A stretch of 63,294 nt of DNA, filler included, from Octopus bimaculoides (Eukaryota), in the NCBI RefSeq assembly GCF_001194135.2. It is 8 parts of 8 records of this genome, joined end to end, with 100 filler letters (N's around TTAATTAATTAA, not from the genome) between each part and the next. Parts side by side here need not be neighbours in the genome. Positions count along the whole stretch, not along the records: positions 37,716 to 46,720 come from NC_068981.1; positions 46,821 to 52,086 come from NC_068994.1; 6 more parts are not named here. One strand, written 5' to 3'. Shown in pieces: positions 38,090-50,215 of this stretch. A model generated the notes under the pieces. It was not told the DNA's origin, searched no databases, and worked only from the letters and a program-made list of their open reading frames with translations. Within the stretch, counting starts at the first letter, position 1, and the number at the start of each line of letters is the position of its first letter. The position numbers were made by a program, and so were the translations under genes.

Positions 38090-39225
38090 CAAATATATGC
38101 GTAGTATATGCGTGCAAGTTTGTGAAATGTTTTCTTTTTTCTCTCTGTTTCTATCTACCTCATTATTTTGCACAATCATCTTTGGATTTATAGCTTTCTA
38201 AAATAGAACCAACACGTTGTCTATCCAATATACTCATATGAGACATCCAAAGTTATTCCATTTCTTTATTTCTTCTTTCAGCGTACCAGAAATGATGTGA
38301 GGTTAAATGTTTTTAAATCCCAATTAAACAAAACTTATTCAGCTGTCAAACCGAATTTATTCAGTGCCTTTCAGAATCCTTTATGAGTACGCATCAAAAA
38401 TATAAAAAAAAAACACACACAAAAAAACAAAAAAACAAAGCGAAATATATTTCTTTATATGAAAAGTTAAAACAAAAATATAATAGAAATTTTAGTTAAT
38501 GCGCATATACATATTGTAATAACGAATAAAATTGTGTCTATTATAATAATGGTGGTAGATGTGAGAATGATCAAAAATACATGTGGAAAAGGATTAAAAA
38601 TAGTGATGCAGAGTGATAGATTGTGAATTACATTGTGGGTAATTATTGTCCTTGGGAAGCAACTGTTATTTCCTATTTGCTTACCCCTAGGAAGTATGAA
38701 AAATCTCTAATATTTCCTTCAATCTTTGATTTTGTTACATTTATTCAAACCCTAAAGAATTCCTCTCAACACATGGCTATGATGCTCCCCGCTACTCCTG
38801 CTCATGATCAGACATGCACATATTGTCAGCCACTAAGGGACATGCTCAAGTGGTTAAGGTCAAGCAAATGACAAGCAGATCTGTGGTATTGAGCAATATA
38901 TTTGCTATAATGATATAGTTGCTTCAGCAACTCAGCTCTGAGTCTGTCTGAAATGTAATGGAAAATAGGTAAGTATTAGTCAAACTGAATGAACGCAGTA
39001 CTTATTTTTAAAGTCTTGTTCTTATTCTGTCAGACTCATTTGCCGAACCGTTGATTTATGGAAACGCACACAAACCAACATCAGTTTTCAAATGATGGTG
39101 GGGGACAATCACAGACTCAAACTCACACACATATACACGCACACACGCACGCACACAAACACACCAACATCACACACACACACAGTGAGTATTAGCGAGA
39201 GAAGCAGTATAGTACAGAATATCAA

Positions 39226-39440
39226 TCTGCATATCTTACTTAACGTGGATATACTGTAGAAAGCCACAATACTGCGGTACTCGTCATGAGAAGGCATATA
39301 GTGCAAAAAGCTCACATCGTTTGCTACTAATACTTCTGTGTTTTTTAACATTATGCCTTTATAGAAATGTTTTTTTCAAGACCAATACCGCAGTATTGTG
39401 GCTTTCTTGCAGTATATTCACGTTAAGTAAGACATACAGA
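39226..39440. mobile_element. Fold-back element / MITE with about 65-bp TIR
   Basis: TCTTACTTAACGTG.ATATACTG.AGAAAGCCACAATACTGCGGTA pairs with its reverse complement at about 39380-39440. Confidence 0.85.
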
Positions 39441-39449
39441 ATCCTATAA

Positions 39450-39485
<36 letters not shown>

Positions 39486-39499
39486 GTGTGTGTGTATAC

Positions 39500-39670
39500 A
39501 TATACATGTGTGTGTGCAACGAGCTTCCACATAGTTTCCGGCTACCAAATTCACTCAGAAGACATTGGTCGACTCGGGGCTATAGTAGAAGATAATTACT
39601 CAAGTTGTCGCGCAGTGGGACTGAACCCGAAACCACATAGCGGCAAAGCGAGCTTCTTAATTACTCAGGT
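39500..39670 (-). mobile_element. SINE family S1 head
   Basis: GCAGTGGGACTGAACCC and ACCAAATTCACTCA motifs. Confidence 0.75.
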
Positions 39671-40094
39671 ATGTCTGCCCGAACATTAACATTTCTAGTA
39701 CTGCTATTACTACTGTTGCAACTAATATTTATTTATCCTACTCGCTAGTGCGAGAAGAGTTAATCGGCTGGCATTTTCGGTGATCAGTTGTGTCCATCGA
39801 TGTGTGATCGTCTCTATTGATTTTAATTGATTTTTGTACTGATGAGGAACGTGAGTAGAAACAGGTGATTAAATCGACGTCAGTATTCAGATGGTACTTA
39901 TTTAACGAACCAGGAATTTAAACATAAAAAAATTAGACCCTCTGCGGGATTTGAACTTGCGTATCTAAATACGGCTGTGTATTTTGTCCGACTCTCTGAT
40001 GATTCAACCATCCTATCCTATACATATACCCGTACACATACATAATCTTTTATCTATTACAGTTTTCTTCCTTTAGACTGCCACTATACCGAGA

Positions 40095-40360
40095 CAGAGA
40101 GCGTATGGCTTAGTGGTTAGGGTATTGTACTCACGACCTCGCGATCGTTGTTTCAATTCCTAGACCGGGTGGTGCGTTGTATTCTTGAGCGATCACTTCG
40201 ACACCTGACGCGTGGTACATCGTGCACCTGTTCAAACAATGTCGATTTGATGGTTAGAGTGAGCTAATGTACAGTGCATACATTTGATCACAAGAAACAA
40301 ATCATTTGTGCATATCGTTCGGCAAAAGCTAAACACTCATATGCCGTCTTCGACAGGAGT
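40095..40360 (+). mobile_element. tRNA-derived SINE
   Basis: A box TGGCTTAGTGG and B-box-like GTTTCAATTCC. Confidence 0.65.
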
Positions 40361-41279
40361 TTCCAACTACTTTTTTTGCCTACGGTCCCCTTTGATTCCT
40401 ATTTTACTAGGGTTGATCCTCATAGCTATTCGATGTTTAAAAAATCCTATCATATTTTTATAATTAAATATTATTTCCAACAATCAGACACCGGTTAATG
40501 TAAGTAGAATACACATCCATAGTAAATCCTCCTGTATGACAAATACATCCGAATATCANNNNNNNNNNNNNNNNNNNNNNNNNNNNNNNNNNNNNNNNNN
40601 NNNNNNNNNNNNNNNNNNNNNNNNNNNNNNNNNNNNNNNNNNNNNNNNNNNNNNNNNNNNNNNNNNNNNNNNNNNNNNNNNNNNNNNNNNNNNNNNNNNN
40701 NNNNNNNNNNNNNNNNNNNNNNNNNNNNNNNNNNNNNNNNNNNNNNNNNNNNNNNNNNNNNNNNNNNNNNNNNNNNNNNNNNNNNNNNNNNNNNNNNNNN
40801 NNNNNNNNNNNNNNNNNNNNNNNNNNNNNNNNNNNNNNNNNNNNNNNNNNNNNNNNNNNNNNNNNNNNNNNNNNNNNNNNNNNNNNNNNNNNNNNNNNNN
40901 NNNNNNNNNNNNNNNNNNNNNNNNNNNNNNNNNNNNNNNNNNNNNNNNNNNNNNNNNNNNNNNNNNNNNNNNNNNNNNNNNNNNNNNNNNNNNNNNNNNN
41001 NNNNNNNNNNNNNNNNNNNNNNNNNNNNNNNNNNNNNNNNNNNNNNNNNNNNNNNNNNNNNNNNNNNNNNNNNNNNNNNNNNNNNNNNNNNNNNNNNNNN
41101 NNNNNNNNNNNNNNNNNNNNNNNNNNNNNNNNNNNNNNNNNNNNNNNNNNNNNNNNNNNNNNNNNNNNNNNNNNNNNNNNNNNNNNNNNNNNNNNNNNNN
41201 NNNNNNNNNNNNNNNNNNNNNNNNNNNNNNNNNNNNNNNNNNNNNNNNNNNNNNNNNNNNNNNNNNNNNNNNTGTATAT

Positions 41280-41437
41280 ATATATATATACGACGGGCTT
41301 CTTTCAGTTTCGTTCCACCAAACTCACTCACGAGGCTTTAGACAGATACTTGCCCTAGGTGTCATTGCGTGGGACTGAACCCGGAACTATGTGGGTGGGA
41401 AGCAAGCTTCTTACCACACAACTACTCCCGTGCCTAT
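41280..41437 (-). mobile_element. SINE family S1 head
   Basis: Reverse complement of 48727-48890, with an internal deletion. Confidence 0.85.
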
Positions 41438-41499
41438 GTAGTTATGTATTTATTAAATGTAGTAAACCTTTTAGAAGAATTAACCTTATTATATGATAT

Positions 41500-42470
41500 A
41501 TAAAAAGCTATTATAATTAAGGATCGAAATATTTGAACGTCTTTTGGAATTTATGGTAACATTTCATTGTAAAGCTCCCATTAAAATTCAATAAAATTAA
41601 CTTAGAACGAATTATATAATAAATTTCTTCAAAACAAAGATCACATGCAGAATTGCCAATATTGTATGATGGTGAATAACTAATAATGGACTATTTTAAA
41701 CCATTCTTAATGTTACTATTTTTAAAATCCCAAACCCATTTACTAAGATTTGTAGAATTACTTTTTCTTCTACACTTAAATGAAATACACTGATTATGAA
41801 ATCTAGCAGATGAGCCAATGTAATAATACTTATGATCCCCTATTATTATCTTACATTGACAGACTATATTTTCCCTTAAGGAGTGATTTTCTAAACGGCA
41901 TATAGTTTGTTTTTAGAATTATACAAGCATTTATTCACTTGTATTTGGTACTCATAGTTAAAAGAATTTGTACTAGTCCTCCTCTCAGAATTAGGTGTTA
42001 AGGCGAGATTATTACAACAATTAATATTAAAGCTAGGTGATAACTTAACTATATTATCAGAGTCGTAATAACTTAAAGAATCGAAACTCAAGACGATTAC
42101 TATCAGAGTTAATTTCACAATATACATTATCTATTTTACTCTGATTTATAGATTCAAAATTGAGATATTCCGTAATTCTCTGTACTATGGGTACTGTTAT
42201 AATCTCAGCTAATTTTCTAGTTTGTGAATACGAAAACTTTATACTATGGCAATTGAATAAATAATTTCCCATATTTACTTGAAGGTGGGAAATACCTATC
42301 TAGTGCAGCAAAGAATTTTCGAGGAATATCGGTTGCTATTGAATATGTGAATGGAGCATTATACCAAATAATATTTCTTGATCTACTCTTTCTATTATTC
42401 ATATATACGCTTTTCTAAATATCAATTTTATTAATATTGGATTTTTCCTACCGCAATTTTTATTCTTAAG

Positions 42471-42512
<42 letters not shown>

Positions 42513-42560
42513 TATACCAACCATATAGTTAGTATTTACAAAATCAGACCTATACTTTCT
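41500..42560 (-). mobile_element. Decayed Penelope-like (Naiad-type) element: linker and GIY-YIG endonuclease
   Basis: RKSRSRNIIWYNAPF...FFAALDRYFP...IKFSYS; LRENIVCQCKI; YYIG...SNSTNLSKWVWDFK...SYNIGNSACDLCFEE...LLN...CYH. All match recalled Naiad C-terminal motifs. Confidence 0.85.
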
Positions 42561-42930
42561 AATGGACTGCGGCCATGCTGGGGCAGCGCATTGAAGAGTT
42601 TCAGTCAAACGAATTGACCTCAATACTTATTTTAATTTTAAGCCTAGTGCTATTCCATCGGTCCCTTATGCTGAACTGCTAATTTACGGATACGCAAGTA
42701 CACTATGCGGTGATGTGGGACAATCACAGACACGAACACATACACCGCCCCCACACACACCACACACACGACAAGTTTCTTTCAGTTTCCATCTACTAAA
42801 TCCATCCACAAGGCTTTGGTCAGCCCGAGGCTATAGCAAAAGACACTTGCCCAAGGTGCCATGCAGTGGGACTGAAATCGGAACAATGTGGTTGGAAAGC
42901 AAACTTCTTACCACACAGCTACACCTACGC
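42560..42930 (-). mobile_element. SINE family S1, near full length
   Basis: Tail at about 42560-42700 and head at 42775-42930. Confidence 0.8.
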
Positions 42931-43659
42931 CTATGTATATATATTTATACGTAAAGATGTTGGCATACCACAATAGAGAAGTAAGACAGATGCGTTTAAA
43001 GCATTCGCATTGATAACATACACATGCACGTACCACATTATATAATTGTCGTTGGCAGTCAGAAGCATACACGGAGTCCTATCAACAAACTAAGACATGC
43101 AACGAGGAGGACACTTAATAAACCCAATTAAACCGAAACACATTACTAAGTATCAAAAATACACACAGAAAGATGTCCGCCTACACATACTAAATTTAAT
43201 ATACGCACAAAGTGTATAGATACATATATCCGCAAATACAGAAGCCTATTTTTGGATGGCTTTACCACGGATCTTAATTTACTGCCGAATATATATGAAG
43301 CCATAAAGCTATTGCAAATACGCCATTAAAAGAAGACAGTATATGGTGAAATTAATAGCTTTCATCGAATGCAATTGTTTACGCGAAAGTGGTTTACACT
43401 GTGAACATGAAGAGTATTAAAAAAAAAACTGAAATTAGCTGCCATCTTTGAAATGTTGTTAATCTGAAAATATTAACTGCCGGAATGCATACGATTCGTA
43501 AACGTTGTATTTATATAAAAACAATATTCTGATCAGTTGCATGGTGTTACTGGTGATGTTACTAATCCTAAGGAAGGAATAAACAACAGAGGTTTCTCTC
43601 TTCTTTTCAACTCCATACATTTTGAGTGTTGAAAATATTAAAACCAGCTTCTAGATTTT

Positions 43660-43900
43660 ATTGACCCCAGAAGTATGAAAAGCAAAGTCGAGCACGACAG
43701 GGTTTGAATTTACGAACATAATGTGACGTAACTAAATACTGTAAGGCAGCGAGCTGAATCATTAGTACACTTTGCCTTTCACCCTTTCGAGTTGGTAAAA
43801 TAAACACCAGTTGAGCACTGGGGTCAATGTAATCGGCTTATCCCCATCCCCCGAGGTTGCTGGCTTTGTGCCAAAATTTGAGACCAATATTACAAACAGA
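43660..43900. mobile_element. Two head-to-head S3 SINE fragments
   Basis: 43660-43745 is on the minus strand; 43745-43900 is on the plus strand with an internal deletion. Confidence 0.6.
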
Positions 43901-44084
43901 CATGCACAACGAAGCAAAGATTATAGGACTACTCAAGATCCATCAGCTTCTACTCTTTGCACGTGGTACCTATCCACTGTTTCCTCCAGTCTTCCATTCT
44001 CAACTCTCTTTACAGAAAATTTATTCCCATATTTTTCAACCATGATGCTTACCACCTCGATTTCCGTTATGCTATAAAGTATTA

Positions 44085-44480
44085 ACTATGACATCATCGC
44101 GTACGAATACAAGGCTCTCTTATTTCCTCGTCTGAATGGAATGCCTCTTAAGACATCAAAGTTTCGCACACTGGTAAAAGATCGATGAGAGGGACAGTCC
44201 ATGGAAAACTGATAGTGAGATCGAAACAGTTCTGATGGGAGACCATCTGTCTATATCTGCATCCTTGTACCCGATGCTGCTATATGAAGAAACTAATCAA
44301 CCGAAACTGGCTGTATTGACAACAACCGATAGGTAGCAATGGCCGACCTTGTCAAACGCTTGAGATTGATCAAAATTGCTCCAGATCCCGCCAAAATCAC
44401 GTATACAACCATCCCTCTCTTCGAGGTATCACACGAAATGGAAGTCGTGCTCAGTAGATCTCTCAAGGATCACGTTAATC
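44085..44480 (-). mobile_element. Decayed L1/Tx1-clade RT fragment
   Basis: DQSQAFDKVGHCYLSVVVNTASFG resembles DQxKAFDRVDHxYL; ..RDDVIV lies at about 44090-44105. Confidence 0.7.
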
Positions 44481-44690
44481 TGTAAAATAACATCGACTCT
44501 ACCAACAACAAAAGCCTTATTCTGATGATATTTTAGTTTAAAATTCTTAACTATTGAAAGTCTTGCATTCTGCATTCAGCAGACGTTTGGACTGAAAATT
44601 ATCAATGTCCGTTATATCAGTGTTATTTCCCAAAATATCAGAATTGTTTGTACTATCAAAAATATTCAAAAAATTTTCATCCGATAAAGA

Positions 44691-44763
<73 letters not shown>

Positions 44764-45129
44764 CGTGTGCGTGCGTACATGGAAGACACCACAGTTATCG
44801 GAATTTCCGCTTACTTTCATAGCTACACTCATATTGTAAAAATTTTTGCATGAAGCGAAGCAGAAAGAGAATAAGGAAAAAAAGAAGAGAATAAAAAAGT
44901 TAAATGAATTTAACCCCTAAATGTATAATAAAAAAAGAAAAGAAAAAAGAAACATATTTGTTCAACACACTTGACAGTAATGTTGACAAAAAACAAAAAT
45001 CAGCAACGCTGAAGTGTCAACGAATTGTAAATACAAAGGGAAGTAGTGAGAAATTAGTGTTGACATAGTAAAATCCAACAATAACCACAATAATAATAAT
45101 AACAATCCTTTCTTATGCCTGAAAGCATA

Positions 45130-45295
45130 AGATCTGAAGTTTGGTAGAGATGGGACTAGTCGATTACATCGACACCAGAGGTTCACTGGTACTAAATTTA
45201 TCGACCCCGCAATGATGAAAGGCAAAGTGGACCTCGGCGGAATTTGAACTCAGAACGTAGCAACGGGCTAACGATTCTGCCAGCTCGCCGTCTTA
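45130..45295 (-). mobile_element. SINE family S3 with CpGs retained
   Basis: ATCGACCCCG...GACCTCGGCGGAATTTGAACTCAGAACGT...CTGCCAGCTCGCCG. Confidence 0.85.
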
Positions 45296-45299
45296 ATAG

Positions 45300-45321
45300 T
45301 AATAATAATTATGATAATATT

Positions 45322-45394
<73 letters not shown>

Positions 45395-45403
45395 GCAACA
45401 ACA

Positions 45404-45449
<46 letters not shown>

Positions 45450-45503
45450 TAATAATAATAATACTATTTTTTGAATAATAATAATGATAATAATACTATT
45501 TTT

Positions 45504-45538
<35 letters not shown>

Positions 45539-45540
45539 AT
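45300..45540. repeat. (AAC)n/(AAT)n compound microsatellite containing repeated ACTATTTTTTG inserts
   Basis: Direct reading. Confidence 0.9.
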
Positions 45541-45544
45541 AAAA

Positions 45545-46720
45545 ATGAGAATAATCAAAGAACTGAAAACCACAGATCTCAGAATGGACCACCGATTTTA
45601 CCTCTCAAAAATCAAAATAGACAATAAAACAACATCAATAGCATAAACCTGGCCGTCACGGAACTAATAGCCACAGAAACAAATGGTAACATCACTGAGC
45701 TAAATGACATAATATATGCAGCCGCTACTGCAGCCATAAAAGAAGCAGGAGTTCCACCACCCAAAGAAATCTTGTGGATAAATAATATCCAAAACAAAGT
45801 TAAAAAAAAAGAGAAAAGGTCTGTCGATTCTTAACGAAATTAGTAGACAATCAACACTACGAAGTAACAAGAAAACAAAAATACTGTGCAAATACAACAT
45901 TACAGAAAAAGATTTACCTGAGGTAAAAGAAATGCTAAAGCAAGATATCCTTACCAAAGCACAAAGGATCCGCTGGTATGAGAAACGCTAACGTTTCTTT
46001 GAACAAAACAAACAGCTCAACTCCAACCCCAAAAAATTCTACCAACAACTTGGCAAAAATACAATAGACATCACTGCAGCACCAACAGCAGAAGAAGTGG
46101 AAGAATTTTGGAAAGAAATATGGTCGGAGAAGGAACAACCCCAGAAAAGGACTAGTAAAACAACGAACTTAGCACCTGAACAACTCTGGACTCCTATAAC
46201 AACTGAAGAGGTCACACAGGCGCTGAAAAGGCTAAGCCACTGGAAGGCACCTGGGCACGACAAGATCCCCAACTTCTGGTTAAAATATCTGACAGGAATG
46301 CACAAAAAGCTGGCTGAAAACTTTAACAACATACTAGCAGAGCCAGAGACAATGCCTGAATGACTCACGAAAGAGGAAACCATCTTAATTCCCAAATCCA
46401 CGGAAACGGAGAAACCACAAAACTACAGACCTATAACCTGTCTCCCTACCATCTACAAAGCCTTATCTGCAATAATATCGTAGAGATTGAGTAAGCACCT
46501 GGAAGAAAACAACCTGTTTCCAGAAGAGCAGAAGGGATGCTGCAAGGGCTCATACGACTGTAAAGATCAATTAATGATCAATAAAGCCATAACTGAAGAC
46601 AGCCGCAGAAAGAAGAAAGGCCTCAGTATAGCCTGGATCGGCTACTGAAAGGCTTTTGATAGTGTTCCCCGCACGTGGATCCTCAAAACACTAGCCATAA
46701 ACAAGGTGGCACCAATAATT
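45545..46720 (+). mobile_element. R4/Dong-like retrotransposon, RT N-terminal part (pseudogenised)
   Basis: QNKQLNSNPKKFYQQL; FWKEIW; WKAPGHDKIPNFWLK; NYRPITCLPTIYK; EEQKGC; DQLMINKAI; AWIGY*KAFDSVP. Several stops. Confidence 0.95.
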
Positions 46721-46820
46721 NNNNNNNNNNNNNNNNNNNNNNNNNNNNNNNNNNNNNNNNNNNNTTAATTAATTAANNNNNNNNNNNNNNNNNNNNNNNN
46801 NNNNNNNNNNNNNNNNNNNN

Positions 46821-47426
46821 ATTACTAGCCAATGTACATCACTACTCCAGAAGGAATATAAGAGACGCCACGACAATATAGCTACGCTTGTCCATTGGAC
46901 ACTCTACAACAAGTATGGACTTGACACAGAAAAAAATTGGTACGACCACAAACCTGAAGACATTGTCGAAAATAGAAATGCAAAGATCTTATGAGATTTC
47001 ATGATTCAGTGCAACCAGGAGATAGAGAATAGGAAGCCACATGATCTTAATTGAGAAAGAAAACAAACTATGCTGGATCATAGATATAGCATGCCCAGCT
47101 GACAACAAGGCATGCGATAAGGAGAAAGAAAATTTGAGAGATATGACAGGTTAGCTTGGGAAGTTAAGCAGTTGTGGTCGATGAAAAAGGTAGCAGTAGT
47201 ACTAATAATTGTGGGAGCCCTGCGAACAGCGAGCAAAAATCTCGAGAAGTACGTGGAACAAATAGGGGCTGCAATTAGGGTAGAACACTTGCAGAAAACA
47301 ACACTGCTTGGAACCGCTCGAATACTCCGGAAGGTGCTCGAAAAATTAAGAGGTGTTACCTTAGTTCACTGGTAATGAACAGCTGACACTGTAGTACACC
47401 TGCAGCGTTAGAAGCTGTGCAAAGGC
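46821..47426 (+). mobile_element. R4/Dong-like RLE endonuclease and 3'UTR (subfamily C, pseudogenised)
   Basis: VHWTLYNKYGL...WYDHKPE...IL*DF...IIDIACPAD...LQKTTLLGTARILRKVL; ends in (AAT)/(AAC)n. Confidence 0.9.
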
Positions 47427-47468
47427 AATAATAACAACAACAAAATAATAATAATAATAATAATAATA

Positions 47469-48124
47469 GGAGATCGACAAGAAACAATAAATCATATTAT
47501 CTCTGGCTGCCCAGTCCTGGCTAAGAAGGAATATATTCACAGACACGACAGAGCTGGGACCTATATACACTGGAAGCTATGCCAACATTATGGAATAGCA
47601 ACAGAAAAAAGATGGTATAAACACACGCCAGAAAAGGTCACAGAAAACGAGAAAGCAACCATACTCTGGGATATGCCAATACACACAGATAGAGAAATTA
47701 AGGCAAATAGACCAGATATAGTTGTCAAAGATCATGAAGAAAAAAAATGCTTTCTAATTGATGTATCAATACCAGCAGATGACAACGTTTCTCTAAAAGA
47801 AATGGAAAAACTTTCAAAATACAAAGACCTGGAAATAGAGATAACTCGAATGTGGAATCTAAAAACAGAAACAATTCCTATCATAGTAGGTGCCTTAGGT
47901 ATAATAAAAAAATATTCAGACAAATACATAACAAAAACACCAGGACTTACAAATATATATAACATACAGAAAATTGCACTACTGGGTACTGCACACATTC
48001 TACGCAAAACACTTTCAATACAGTAAACATAAGAGCACCACAGCAAACCACAGCACATACCCAAGGCGCACAGAGCTGCGCTCGGTAGTGAAGTGAAAGC
48101 ACGTTATAAAAATAAAAGTACTGA
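47469..48124 (+). mobile_element. Young 5'-truncated R4/Dong-like copy (subfamily A) with uninterrupted zinc-knuckle remnant and RLE frame
   Basis: Open frame 47469-48026: ETINHIISGC...RHD...ILWD...RPDIV...LIDVSIP...EKLSKYKDL...IVGALG...QKIALLGTAHILRK. (AAT)n on both sides. Confidence 0.95.
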
Positions 48125-48178
48125 ATAATAATAATAATAATGATAGTAGTAGTAGTATTAATAATGATAATAACAATA

Positions 48179-48211
<33 letters not shown>

Positions 48212-48726
48212 GTCATGATGATCATGATGACGATGATGACAAAAGCAACAATAACAACGACAATAACTGTAACAATAAAAGATTTAGATCCAAGATTGAA
48301 TTACAGATTCTTGGAAATCAATGATATAGATAAAGTAAAACACACATACACACACTTACGCACGCACATGCACACATACACACACACACTAATATGCAGG
48401 GTAAAAGGTTGGGAAGGATTATTACTCCGATATTAGATAAATGCTTAAAACTGGAATTATACGATAAACGAATAAGTTAATAGGTAACAATGACCTAGGT
48501 GTGTTCAGGTAATCAGTTATATTCTCAACTGTAAGTTAAGTGAATTAGCGATACTAGATTGGAAAACAAGGGAAATAATGACTGCATTTTGTGTCTGAAG
48601 TTGGACACAGAAAGATTATATTTACGTCGTAGACAACACTTGTATGTAAGAGTCTTCTGCAATTGGAATAGATTAATAAAATATTTCAAGAAGAGACTAA
48701 GATTTATATATATATATGTATATATG

Positions 48727-48890
48727 CGCAGGAGTGGCTGTGTGGTAACTAGCTTCCTTACCAACGACATGGTTCTGGGTTCATTAACAGTGTGGCACCT
48801 TGGGCAAGTGTCTTCTATTATAGCCTCGGGCCGACCAAAGCCTTGTGAGTGGATTCGGTAGACGGAAACTGAAAGAAGCCCGTCGTATAT
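48727..48890 (+). mobile_element. SINE family S1 head running into (TA)n and a gap
   Basis: GCGCAGGAGTGGCTGTGTGG...GAAAGAAGCCCGTCG(TA)n. Confidence 0.9.
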
Positions 48891-49689
48891 ATATATATAT
48901 ATATATATATATNNNNNNNNNNNNNNNNNNNNNNNNNNNNNNNNNNNNNNNNNNNNNNNNNNNNNNNNNNNNNNNNNNNNNNNNNNNNNNNNNNNNNNNN
49001 NNNNNNNNNNNNNNNNNNNNNNNNNNNNNNNNNNNNNNNNNNNNNNNNNNNNNNNNNNNNNNNNNNNNNNNNNNNNNNNNNNNNNNNNNNNNNNNNNNNN
49101 NNNNNNNNNNNNNNNNNNNNNNNNNNNNNNNNNNNNNNNNNNNNNNNNNNNNNNNNNNNNNNNNNNNNNNNNNNNNNNNNNNNNNNNNNNNNNNNNNNNN
49201 NNNNNNNNNNNNNNNNNNNNNNNNNNNNNNNNNNNNNNNNNNNNNNNNNNNNNNNNNNNNNNNNNNNNNNNNNNNNNNNNNNNNNNNNNNNNNNNNNNNN
49301 NNNNNNNNNNNNNNNNNNNNNNNNNNNNNNNNNNNNNNNNNNNNNNNNNNNNNNNNNNNNNNNNNNNNNNNNNNNNNNNNNNNNNNNNNNNNNNNNNNNN
49401 NNNNNNNNNNNNNNNNNNNNNNNNNNNNNNNNNNNNNNNNNNNNNNNNNNNNNNNNNNNNNNNNNNNNNNNNNNNNNNNNNNNNNNNNNNNNNNNNNNNN
49501 NNNNNNNNNNNNNNNNNNNNNNNNNNNNNNNNNNNNNNNNNNNNNNNNNNNNNNNNNNNNNNNNNNNNNNNNNNNNNNNNNNNNNNNNNNNNNNNNNNNN
49601 NNNNNNNNNNNNNNNNNNNNNNNNNNNNNNNNNNNNNNNNNNNNNNNNNNNNNNNNNNNNNNNNNNNNNNNNGTAGTTATTGTAGTATT

Positions 49690-49742
<53 letters not shown>

Positions 49743-49899
49743 CATGTATTTATGAATATAGTAAGTTTAAGAATGGAAGTGTTGGTATTGTATTTATTCT
49801 TTCGTTACGATCGTTTCAACAGTAAGTGCTTCAGATACATCATGTATTTATACTACAAATTTGGTTATTGGCTGAAACTCTATCTGTCAAATGAGAAAC

Positions 49900-50215
49900 T
49901 TTTGAAATATGGACATATAGGATAAAACTATTTTAGGAAAAGCATTAAACTGACAAAGAAGTGCAACAACTATCAAATACAAAATATATTATACTTAGCT
50001 ATCAAAAGAAGGAAGTTAACATATTTTGATCATATAGTAAAAGCACAAGTTACAAAATGACTATTGCTAGAAGGAAAGATAAATAGCAAGCATTCGTTGA
50101 GGGAGTATTAGAACTAACAGGTTCGATAACATCAAGGATCTGTGAATGTGTAAGTCTGTCAATGAAAAGACCTGAATGCAAATATTACATCTCCTGAGAG
50201 CGGATGACGTCTAAT
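49900..50215 (+). mobile_element. Decayed RTE-clade 3' end
   Basis: IKRRKLTYFDHIVK...LLEGKIN...DNIKDL. Confidence 0.6.

Noticed and set aside
39839-39870. CTGATGAG...GAAAC hammerhead-like core
   Set aside because: No helix II pairing, no stem III or NUH triplet, and no stem I partner.
41440-41900. Selenocysteine codon or SECIS in the Naiad relic
   Set aside because: No in-frame TGA at recognisable Cys positions and no AUGA/AA/GA SECIS pattern were seen. The copy is too decayed to judge.
6007-48890. SINE heads as tRNA genes
   Set aside because: They have A/B boxes but no complete cloverleaf, and each continues into a shared SINE body.
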